DNA from: a virus
Virus record (IMG/VR): IMGVR_UViG_3300029951_000020
Span: 1 to 64,000 of that record
Length of the DNA stretch: 64,000 nucleotides
Reading direction: 5' to 3' (one strand)
In this document: positions 8,574 to 15,466 of the stretch, piece after piece
Layout: each line of letters opens with the position of its first letter
Numbering within the stretch: the first letter of the stretch is position 1
Program-made: the position numbers and the translations under genes
Notes under the pieces: model-generated
What the model saw: only the letters and a program-made list of their open reading frames with translations
What the model was told of the DNA's origin: nothing
Database searches by the model: none

Positions 8574-8771
8574 ATGCCCAACCCCATCGATCCGCGAGTC
8601 CTCAACCGCATGCACAACGCCATGCGGGAGACTGGGTACTTGTGTGGATCTCTGGTGACGCCGCGGCAGATGATCTAGGCGATGGAGTCTGAGGGGCTCG
8701 TCGTGACGGTGAGTGGGGCGGCTACTGTGGTGCGGAAGGTTGTCGCTAAAGACGATGGGTATGGGATGTAG
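8574..8771 (+). pseudogene. winged-helix-like ORF interrupted by an in-frame TAG (8676-8678)
   Basis: The frame reads ..GSLVTPRQMI*AMESEGLVVTVSG.. A wHTH recognition-helix and wing pattern runs straight across the stop. Confidence 0.35.
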
Positions 8772-8947
8772 AGTGAGGGGCTGGTCTTGTTTGTCTTTGG
8801 GCCGAGCGGAGCGAGGGGATGACGTTTACCGCTCAGTATTAACTTGCACGGCGATGACTCGTATCGCCGAATTGCCCAATGGAAACAGCGCTTTCAGGTT
8901 GATCGCGTTTTGGAAAATTCGGTTGCACTTGGCCCAATAACAACGAA

Positions 8948-8963
8948 GGCCCCTTGCGGGGCC
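8948..8963 (-). terminator. GC hairpin GGCCCC-TTGC-GGGGCC
   Basis: On the minus strand it is followed by TTCGTTGTTATT. Confidence 0.35.
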
Positions 8964-9254
8964 GACGAGGATCTTCGGTGATCAATGGCATCTCGCTGAT
9001 GGTCGCGACGGCACGCCGTCCACCACCTTACTTGAAGCAGCGCAGGGCCGAAGCGAGAGCCTTTTTCCTCCAGCCGTAAGTCGTGCTTTGGGCAGGCGGG
9101 TAGCGCTGAGTGGCTCGTTCCATCAGCGTTGGTCCTGGATCGCTACGTCTAGCTACCTGAACGCGTCTCGGTTGCGGACAGTTCCTGGTAGGAACTGTCC
9201 CTTCCGTCTAGCTGATGGTCGGAGGTTTAATGCTATCGCTAATATGGCGAAATG

Positions 9255-9401
9255 TCAATCCCTCTTCACGCGTTCCGCTTCTTTCATCGTGATGATCGCG
9301 TTCGCCGCGTTGAGCGCCGCCTGGGAGAACTTCATGGCGTCGTTTGAGTCTTCCGCCGTAGCGGCCTTGTCGATCAGCTTTGCTACCTGTTCTTTGCTCA
9401 T
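9255..9401 (-). CDS. small hypothetical protein (48 aa)
   Basis: MSKEQVAKLIDKAATAEDSNDAMKF.., with GGAG 11 nt upstream. Below the track size cut-off. Confidence 0.4.
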   Translation of the reverse strand: MSKEQVAKLIDKAATAEDSNDAMKFSQAALNAANAIITMKEAERVKRD

Positions 9402-9706
9402 TGGGTTCTGGCTCCAATAGTGTTTAGGGTGTGTCCCGTGTAGCCGGGACCACGCTGCACTGGTCTCGAATAACTACGACCTGATCATGGTCGTATGTCT
9501 GGCACCGGAATGCGTATGAGGAGTATCGTTTGGGATTGGGGTACTTGTCAAGGCGACATTTTTTATTTTTTGCGGCACTGATCGTGGATGGTTGTACGGC
9601 GGGGGTCGAGGGGAGCGCGGCGCCGGGTCCAAAAACGAGTCACCGGGGCCATAGGGGGTGTCGGCACGTCAGTATATCATAAATATGTCGATATGACAAG
9701 CATAAT

Positions 9707-9748
9707 CCGACGAACGGTCATTTCGACAACATGCCTACCGTTCGTCGG
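9707..9748. promoter_or_regulatory. 12-bp perfect inverted repeat (operator-like) abutting a promoter
   Basis: CCGACGAACGGT-18 nt-ACCGTTCGTCGG, ending 7 nt before the TTGACG -35. Confidence 0.4.
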
Positions 9749-9755
9749 CTAGTGC

Positions 9756-9784
9756 TTGACGCTGTATGTCGAATCGACAATACT
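9756..9784 (+). promoter_or_regulatory. putative early promoter TTGACG-17 nt-AATACT
   Basis: Hexamers read directly from the sequence. Followed by GCACACAGTCAC, which is also seen after the 11.95 kb promoter. Confidence 0.35.
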
Positions 9785-9819
9785 AGGCACACAGTCACTC
9801 AACGCCAGGCAGACATACC

Positions 9820-9966
9820 ATGATCGCAATGCTCCTCATCATCCTAGTAGCAGCAGTGTTCTGCGGCATCGTTCTGGTCATGGACGCACGCGCAGCAGAC
9901 AGCCACTACGAGGCATTGAACAAGCTGCAGGCTGCACGCCAGCTGCGCCGCAACGCCAATCGCTAA
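9820..9966 (+). CDS. small membrane protein (48 aa)
   Basis: MIAMLLIILVAAVFCGIVLVM... Below the track size cut-off. Confidence 0.4.
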   Translation: MIAMLLIILVAAVFCGIVLVMDARAADSHYEALNKLQAARQLRRNANR

Positions 9967-9982
9967 CAGGACACACAGCGCC

Positions 9983-10189
9983 ATGACCACACCACACAAT
10001 CACCCTGTAGTATTCGGCCGCAAGGTCGACGGATGCGCACGTTGCACCGAACTCAAGAACGGTGCCGCGCCGATCATGTGGGCATCAACACGTCGCAAGC
10101 AGGATGATGCGCGCACGATGGCAGCGATTCGCGCGCACGACTGCAATGTGTCACGGTGCGGACCTGTCTGCACAGTGTTTGAATGGTAG
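9983..10189 (+). CDS. Cys-rich hypothetical protein (68 aa)
   Basis: Track ORF. Confidence 0.5.
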   Translation: MTTPHNHPVVFGRKVDGCARCTELKNGAAPIMWASTRRKQDDARTMAAIRAHDCNVSRCGPVCTVFEW

Positions 10190-10227
10190 TAATCGTCTAA
10201 ACGCCAACAACAAACAAGGATCAACAA

Positions 10228-10626
10228 ATGACAACCAAGAAAGTGTACCAAGCCATAGCATCCGCAGTGCAAGCGCGCACCAGCTGCGCCGCACGTAACG
10301 ATCATGGCCGCTGGCATGAATGGGTAGTCAAGCACCAGGATCATGCCGACCAGATTGTCCGCGATCATCTTCCGTCCGGTAGCGGATTCGACAGCGCAAC
10401 AAAGATCGACTGGGACAAGACAACGGCGGATAGGCTGGTGTTCATCGCCCCGTTTCATCATATGGACGATTCAGGCTATGTCGGCTGGACCGATCATAAC
10501 GTCACTGTTCGCGCATCGCTGGTGCATGGATTCGAGCTGCGCATTTCTGGCCGCAATCGGAACGAGATCAAGGATTACATCGCGGATACGTTCCACGCTG
10601 CGCTGTCTGCCGATGTAGCGGAGTAG
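10228..10626 (+). CDS. hypothetical protein (132 aa)
   Basis: Track ORF with protein-like composition. Confidence 0.6.
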   Translation: MTTKKVYQAIASAVQARTSCAARNDHGRWHEWVVKHQDHADQIVRDHLPSGSGFDSATKIDWDKTTADRLVFIAPFHHMDDSGYVGWTDHNVTVRASLVHGFELRISGRNRNEIKDYIADTFHAALSADVAE

Positions 10627-10694
10627 ATTCTCCGCTCGTTCGCTGTTATCCCGTCGCTCCGCTCCGCCAAAATCAAACGTCAAGGATCAACACG

Positions 10695-11060
10695 ATGAAA
10701 AACCTCACACGCGGCAACATCATCCGCCACTATGCCGGCGCTGCCTTGTGGTCTAGCACCGATGGCGAAGACTGCACGCCGCTGGACGATGGCCGCAACG
10801 AAGACGATATAGCGCCGGAAACGCTGCAGCAGATGCGCGACGACTGCGCCGATTTCTTCCGCGCCAATCGTCGCCAGCTGCGCGAGACTGGCGCGGGGCT
10901 GGATCAGCACGCGCATGATTTCTGGCTGACGCGCAATGGCCACGGCGCTGGCTTTTGGGATCGCGGCTATGGTCCGGTCGGCGATGCGCTTAGCGATGCG
11001 GCGAAAGTGTATGGTAGCGTCGACCTGTATGTTGGCGACGATGGGCTGGTGCACGCATGA
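10695..11060 (+). CDS. hypothetical protein (121 aa)
   Basis: Track ORF. The motif HDFWLTRNGHGAGFWDRG looks conserved, but I do not know its function. Confidence 0.6.
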   Translation: MKNLTRGNIIRHYAGAALWSSTDGEDCTPLDDGRNEDDIAPETLQQMRDDCADFFRANRRQLRETGAGLDQHAHDFWLTRNGHGAGFWDRGYGPVGDALSDAAKVYGSVDLYVGDDGLVHA

Positions 11061-11356
11061 ACCGCACCCTAGAACAGCGCATCAAATTCGACGCTGGCCT
11101 ATCGATCGGCAAAAGCCTGGTCTTGCTCCAGCACCAGGACCGTACACGCCGCGCCATCGTCGACATACGGCCGCGCGGCGCGGTCTACGTCTTGCCGATG
11201 CCGCGGTACGAAGATATGTACAGCTGCTGGTCGCGCGTCAAAGGCGATGCGTGTCCGACCGATCCGAAAGCTGGCGTCATCGTGTGGGGCGCGCAAGATC
11301 CGGAGCTGATGAAGCAATTTGACGGTGAAGTGAAAGCGACAATCGAGCTGCGCTGA
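11057..11356 (+). CDS. hypothetical protein (99 aa)
   Basis: Track ORF with an ATGA overlap. Confidence 0.55.
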   Translation: MNRTLEQRIKFDAGLSIGKSLVLLQHQDRTRRAIVDIRPRGAVYVLPMPRYEDMYSCWSRVKGDACPTDPKAGVIVWGAQDPELMKQFDGEVKATIELR

Positions 11357-11435
11357 AACATTGTCCGAATCTAACATTGACTCTCTGTGTTGTTAATTCG
11401 ACAATAGGCCACGGTTTAAGAACGAGGAACACAGC

Positions 11436-11588
11436 ATGAAATACGAACCCGGCCAGACGATCCGCTACATTTCGTATGGCGAAGTGAAAACCGGAGTCGT
11501 CGCGCGCATCGGCGCCAGCGGCATCATCTTTCTGACTACTGGCCGCTTCGTCTTTGCGGCTAGTGTTGTGCCGGATAACGCGCCATGA
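11436..11588 (+). CDS. small hypothetical protein (50 aa)
   Basis: ATG preceded by AACGAGGAAC. Below the track size cut-off. Confidence 0.4.
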   Translation: MKYEPGQTIRYISYGEVKTGVVARIGASGIIFLTTGRFVFAASVVPDNAP

Positions 11589-11719
11589 AGATCCAGCTTG
11601 AAGTACTGGAAGGCGCCAGCCTCACCGAAGCCCGCGAATGGATCAAGGACTGTGACTGGCCGGATCTTGAGTCGGACGAAGTCGATGGAGATTACGCGCG
11701 GGGTGCATCGGCATTATGA
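11585..11719 (+). CDS. small acidic protein (44 aa), possibly frame-split
   Basis: ATGA overlap with the upstream stop. A second short frame, 11685..11765, looks like its continuation. Confidence 0.35.
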   Translation: MKIQLEVLEGASLTEAREWIKDCDWPDLESDEVDGDYARGASAL

Positions 11720-11952
11720 TGGGGGATTGGTAGCGTTTCTTGAGGCGATTGGGGTGCAGGGATGAACACGCATCGTGCTATTCAGTTGTCCACATTGTCA
11801 GACCGCGCCGCGTCCGAACGTGTGCGCTGCTTCATCAATGCCAGCAGCGCGGCCAGGATCGGCAACAGGAACGCCTCCCTGTACTTCTCCGCACGAGCAC
11901 GCCAATGGGAGGCTATCCGTATTCGGGCGGATCGTAGGCTGATAAACGGTAG

Positions 11953-11981
11953 TTGACGCACTGTCAAAACGACATTATTCT
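11953..11981 (+). promoter_or_regulatory. putative promoter TTGACG-17 nt-TATTCT
   Basis: Followed by the leader GCACAGTCACC..CACAGAAAAGGAAACGC before ATG 12021. Confidence 0.4.
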
Positions 11982-12020
11982 ATACGCACAGTCACCAACA
12001 CAGAAAAGGAAACGCAAACC

Positions 12021-12317
12021 ATGTCACGCCAAAACGCCCTCGGCCGCACCAACACCGCAGTATGCACCGTTGACCAGGTGACGCACGTCACCTATCACAA
12101 GACGGCCGTTGTCAGCTTCAACGCCGACAAGATCACACTGCGCACTGGCGGCTGGCGCACTATGACTACCAAACTGCGCATGAATCAGGCGTCGAATCAG
12201 TACGGCTTGGGCTTCGTCGTGTCGCAAAAAGATGGCGACTGGACCGTCACGCTGCGCAACACCGGCAAGGTGCTAGCATTCAGCGATAACGAAATAAGCT
12301 TTCCGCGCTACGGCTGA
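12021..12317 (+). CDS. hypothetical protein (98 aa)
   Basis: Track ORF with a strong A-rich Shine-Dalgarno leader. Confidence 0.6.
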   Translation: MSRQNALGRTNTAVCTVDQVTHVTYHKTAVVSFNADKITLRTGGWRTMTTKLRMNQASNQYGLGFVVSQKDGDWTVTLRNTGKVLAFSDNEISFPRYG

Positions 12318-12320
12318 GCC

Positions 12321-12578
12321 ATGAAAAATATCCTCCTGCTCTGCCTCGTCTTATCCTTCTCCGCGCACGCCCGCGGCGGCATGTCCAGCGGCCACGCCTA
12401 CACAGGCATGCCGTCCAGCACCGTCCGCACGCAGCGAGCGCCGAACTTCGAGTTCGCGCCGATGCGGCGCAAGCGGCCGAATGATCGCGGGTCGGTGCAT
12501 CTGCACGAGATTCCGCTCAGCACCGAGAAGCGGCTGCATCGGGAAGGGCTGGATAATACAACTGCGGTGTTCATCTAG
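12321..12578 (+). CDS. small secreted protein (85 aa)
   Basis: The N-terminus MKNILLLCLVLSFSAHA looks like a signal peptide. Confidence 0.55.
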   Translation: MKNILLLCLVLSFSAHARGGMSSGHAYTGMPSSTVRTQRAPNFEFAPMRRKRPNDRGSVHLHEIPLSTEKRLHREGLDNTTAVFI

Positions 12579-12640
12579 CCTAGCGCTGTACGTCACTTCG
12601 TCCCATACTGATCACCGCTGCACCTAAGGGAGTTTGCCCA

Positions 12641-12835
12641 ATGAACAGCAAGCTGCGCTTCGCCTACCACGACCACGGCAGTTGCGACAAGCGTATCTGT
12701 CCACGCTGCGCGATCGCACTGTGCATCCGGATGGCTCGCCGAGCTGGCCGACACATCGAGCGCCGCGGTGCGCACCACTATGCGATTTTTTGCGGCGGAT
12801 TGAATATCCGCATCATTGAGGGCTTAGCGTCATGA
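12641..12835 (+). CDS. Cys/His-rich hypothetical protein (64 aa)
   Basis: Track ORF. Confidence 0.45.
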   Translation: MNSKLRFAYHDHGSCDKRICPRCAIALCIRMARRAGRHIERRGAHHYAIFCGGLNIRIIEGLAS

Positions 12836-13002
12836 ACGTACCGGCCGTTGTCCTCGTCCACATCGCCGAATCGATCCGGCGCCATGTGCCCGATGAAGCG
12901 CAGCGGCTTGCGCTCGCGGATGATGTGTCGCTGATCCTGGATCGGGACGAGGCTGCAGCGTTCTGCGACTTGGTGACTGCGCCTGCGGATGAAGTGTCAT
13001 GA
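12832..13002 (+). CDS. small hypothetical protein (56 aa)
   Basis: ATGA overlaps at both ends. Confidence 0.4.
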   Translation: MNVPAVVLVHIAESIRRHVPDEAQRLALADDVSLILDRDEAAAFCDLVTAPADEVS

Positions 13003-13133
13003 GCGCCGATGTTCTGTTGTGGGTTGCTGGTGGGTATGTGGCGCTGGTGTCCGCGTTGATATGGCGCATCGCTTACCTTGCGCCTGGCGCTTACCGCAAC
13101 GTGCAAAAGGAGGATGGGACTTACCCCGAGTAG
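12999..13133 (+). CDS. small membrane protein (44 aa)
   Basis: ATGA overlap with the upstream stop; hydrophobic N-terminal half. Confidence 0.35.
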   Translation: MSADVLLWVAGGYVALVSALIWRIAYLAPGAYRNVQKEDGTYPE

Positions 13134-13311
13134 CGCTGTAACTTCTATTTCTAACAGTGCCTTGATAGGCGAGGAGTGTGCATTGCCCAGGTGACTACCT
13201 GCGCTTTACGTCGAATCTCATGAAGTGACCGTTTCGCCGCGCTGCTTCGCTCTACGCCCAATTGATCCGGCGCGTTGAGTCCATCCAAGGCTGTAGCGCG
13301 GTTTTTTCAGG

Positions 13312-13350
13312 GGCCTGCCGATTTTGTCGGTGGGCCTTTCTCGTTTTCTG
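13312..13350 (+). terminator. rho-independent-like terminator
   Basis: Imperfect stem GGCCTGCCGA / TCGGTGGGCC followed by TTTCTCGTTTTCTG. Confidence 0.4.
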
Positions 13351-13394
13351 GCGGTTTGGGATGCCGCGAGTCGCTCAGATTTCACGCAGGGTCG

Positions 13395-13445
13395 TCAGGT
13401 GAATTAGATTCATCCGAAAACTTCAGGTGAATTAGATTCACCTGA
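13395..13445. repeat. 18-bp direct repeat TCAGGTGAATTAGATTCA x2; the second copy forms a 10-bp-arm palindrome
   Basis: Copies at 13395-13412 and 13423-13440. The palindrome TCAGGTGAAT-TAG-ATTCACCTGA runs to 13445. Confidence 0.7.
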
Positions 13446-13451
13446 GACGAT

Positions 13452-13480
13452 CTGCACAGTTTTAGGCTTTAACTGTGCAG
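13452..13480. repeat. 10-bp perfect hairpin CTGCACAGTT-9 nt-AACTGTGCAG
   Basis: Read directly from the sequence. It lies just downstream of the leftward TerS-like gene. Confidence 0.6.
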
Positions 13481-13484
13481 CATC

Positions 13485-13528
13485 CGCTTATCCGCCATGC
13501 CGGATACGCTTATCCGCCATGCCGGATA
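13485..13528. repeat. 22-bp perfect tandem duplication CGCTTATCCGCCATGCCGGATA x2
   Basis: Read directly from the sequence. It spans the stop codon and last codons of the 13510..14187 gene. Confidence 0.8.
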
Positions 13529-14187
13529 CGCTTTTTGCGCTTCAGCCCAGTCGCTGCCGCGGGATCTGCGCTCTGTGGTGACTCGATGGGCGCCGCTTGC
13601 GGCGTAATATCGATTGCCGTTTGCTGGCCAGTGGTCACATCGATGGCGCTGCCTTCGATGATGTTTCCGCTACGATCGATGGTCCTTTCCCAGTCGCTGG
13701 ACTGCATCGGCTGAGCGCTCAAAGCAAGCACGCCTCCGGTGATATTGATGCCTGCTTTTGCGTTCTCGCGATACTCTTCGGGACGTGACGCCTTCAGCAG
13801 CAGTTCATGCAGCCGAGAATCATAGATTTTCTCGTAGGCGATGATCTCGTCTTTATTGCGGCCTCCGATCAGCGGTTTGTCGGTGCCTTCGAGTGCGCGG
13901 CGCCTGGCTTCTTTGACTAGGGTTGTGTCGATGCAGAGTTGCTTTGCTTCTTCGTAGGCGGCGCCGAAGGCTTCGTCCTCCTTCGCGTGGCTCATGATCG
14001 TGGCGCCAGTCACCCCGACTTTCTCCGCGGCCTCGTACATGAGCCCGGATCGCACGAACTCCTCCAAAAACTGGACCTTAAGGTCGTTCGTGAACTTCTT
14101 TTGACCGCGCCAAACGAAGACTTTCGTCTTATCGACGGCCTGTTTGGCGCCGGGGCGCGTCGGATCTCGCAAAAGTTGAGCTGACAT
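13510..14187 (-). CDS. terminase small-subunit-like HTH protein
   Basis: FLEEFVRSGLMYEAAEKVGVTGATIMSHAKEDEAFGAAYEEAKQ...RRRALEG..PLIGG...YDSRLHELLLKASRPEEYRE resembles the phage TerS HTH family as I remember it. It is a lone leftward gene. Confidence 0.55.
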   Translation of the reverse strand: MSAQLLRDPTRPGAKQAVDKTKVFVWRGQKKFTNDLKVQFLEEFVRSGLMYEAAEKVGVTGATIMSHAKEDEAFGAAYEEAKQLCIDTTLVKEARRRALEGTDKPLIGGRNKDEIIAYEKIYDSRLHELLLKASRPEEYRENAKAGINITGGVLALSAQPMQSSDWERTIDRSGNIIEGSAIDVTTGQQTAIDITPQAAPIESPQSADPAAATGLKRKKRIRHGG

Positions 14188-14290
14188 TGGCCCAGTCTAG
14201 CGATTCGGGCGGGCGTCCGCGATGACAAACCGATGGGTTTAGCCCCGACCTCGGCTTCCACGAGTTACCCCATCTTTCCCGCGCCACTTT

Positions 14291-14346
14291 CCTGTCAACC
14301 GAATCACCCTCTAATAAGTTGACAGCCCACAATCCTGTCAACCGAA
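14291..14346. repeat. iteron/operator-like CCTGTCAACCGAA x2 plus an inverted GTTGACAG
   Basis: Direct copies at 14291-14303 and 14334-14346. The inverted core is at 14318-14325. Confidence 0.6.
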
Positions 14347-14545
14347 AGGGTCTCGCCCAGGTATACAGCCGCCCAACTCCACCTACCGCCCATCGGAAAC
14401 ACTTAAAATCAGCCTCTTTTATTCCAACACGGTATAAGAAAACAAAAACCGGCACTTTTCCTATCTAAGGAACAATTTACGACAACCCCCTAATTGAACA
14501 CTGTTTAGGAGACTTTTTCCTCCGGTATTTATTAACCTTTCTTAC

Positions 14546-14699
14546 CTCTAAATCCTATATAAATAAGGGGTAAGTAGGACAGTCTGGGCTAATACGCAGT
14601 CATTGTAGTCGCTTGGAAAAAAAAATTTCCAAGCAATCACTTCGTCTGCGTATTAGCCCACACGATCTCTCCGACGCCTTATTTATATAGGATTTAGAG
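14546..14699. repeat. 154-bp AT-rich nested palindrome with three concentric perfect arm pairs
   Basis: 23-bp arms at 14546-14568 / 14677-14699. 14-bp arms at 14586-14599 / 14646-14659. 9-bp arms at 14611-14619 / 14626-14634. All three pairs are centred on 14622.5. Confidence 0.85.
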
Positions 14700-14711
14700 C
14701 CCTAAATTGTT

Positions 14712-14787
14712 GTCACTTGCCCGAGGAAAAACCTGCAAGTGACCTTTTCGACCGAGATTTGACATCGCCACACATTGCGTGTATAGA
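14712..14787 (+). promoter_or_regulatory. operator-like inverted repeat plus near-consensus promoter of the long early operon
   Basis: Inverted repeat GTCACTTGC-14 nt-GCAAGTGAC (14712-14743), then TTGACA (14759-14764)-17 nt-TATAGA (14782-14787). Confidence 0.5.
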
Positions 14788-14966
14788 GCGACCAAAACAC
14801 AGACCTCAAGTCCAGCCAAGTGGGCCGCGATTCATTCCAGCCCACAACAGACACCACCCGGCACCACGATGTTACCAGTTGGGCTCAACTCTCATAATCC
14901 CTTGCTGACTCCACACAACGCTAGTACTATCCACACAGGTCAATCCATACAGGCACTACTCAGCCA

Positions 14967-15149
14967 ATGACAATAAAACAGCCGAACGACAAGAACCGAA
15001 CGACGCAGCAATGCTCGATAACCCTCCCCAAAGATCAGTACGGGCGCATCGTTTTTCTGGCCACACGCCAGCACCGCCCTGTCTCCAACATGCTGATGGT
15101 CGCAGTGGACTACTACCTGCAGCACGCTCCCGAGGCCACACAGCCGTGA
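14967..15149 (+). CDS. ribbon-helix-helix-like protein (60 aa)
   Basis: ITLPKDQYGRIVFLATRQHRPVSNMLMVAVDYYL is an RHH-like pattern. It is the first gene of the operon. Confidence 0.5.
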   Translation: MTIKQPNDKNRTTQQCSITLPKDQYGRIVFLATRQHRPVSNMLMVAVDYYLQHAPEATQP

Positions 15150-15466
15150 AATACAAGAGTCTTCTTCCCCATACCACTGACGAAGACGACAAGGTGTATA
15201 CCGTCTACAACCCGGACGGCCGAACCTGCTCCCATCGTCATAATTCGACCCAGCGCGCCGAGCTGTGCCTATCCAAGTTGGAGGACCACAAGGGCTTTCT
15301 GGTGGGGCTGATCAAGAGGGGAAAGGTTTGCACCATTGATGGTGTGCCGATCAAGGGTCCACTCGGTCCTGTGTGGCACCTGGTAGGAGCGAACGCCGGC
15401 TTGGCTGGCAGGGTCAGTTCCACGCGCGAGCCGACGCCCTGTCCGCCGCCCACATTCGATGACTGA
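15146..15466 (+). CDS. hypothetical protein (106 aa)
   Basis: GTG 15146 overlaps the upstream stop (GTGA); frame of 15011..15466. Confidence 0.45.
   Translation: MKYKSLLPHTTDEDDKVYTVYNPDGRTCSHRHNSTQRAELCLSKLEDHKGFLVGLIKRGKVCTIDGVPIKGPLGPVWHLVGANAGLAGRVSSTREPTPCPPPTFDD

Noticed and set aside
13485-13528. DnaA-box-like TTATCCGCC in the 22-bp repeats, and CTATCCACA at 14927-14935, as an origin signature.
   Set aside because: The matches to TTATCCACA are only partial (7/9 and 8/9) and too few to distinguish from chance.
14546-14699. The nested palindrome as a protelomerase target (telRL) of a linear-plasmid prophage.
   Set aside because: The centre is not a perfect dyad (A6 loop, and non-complementary internal spacers). 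No protelomerase-like or tyrosine-recombinase-like ORF is visible in the window.
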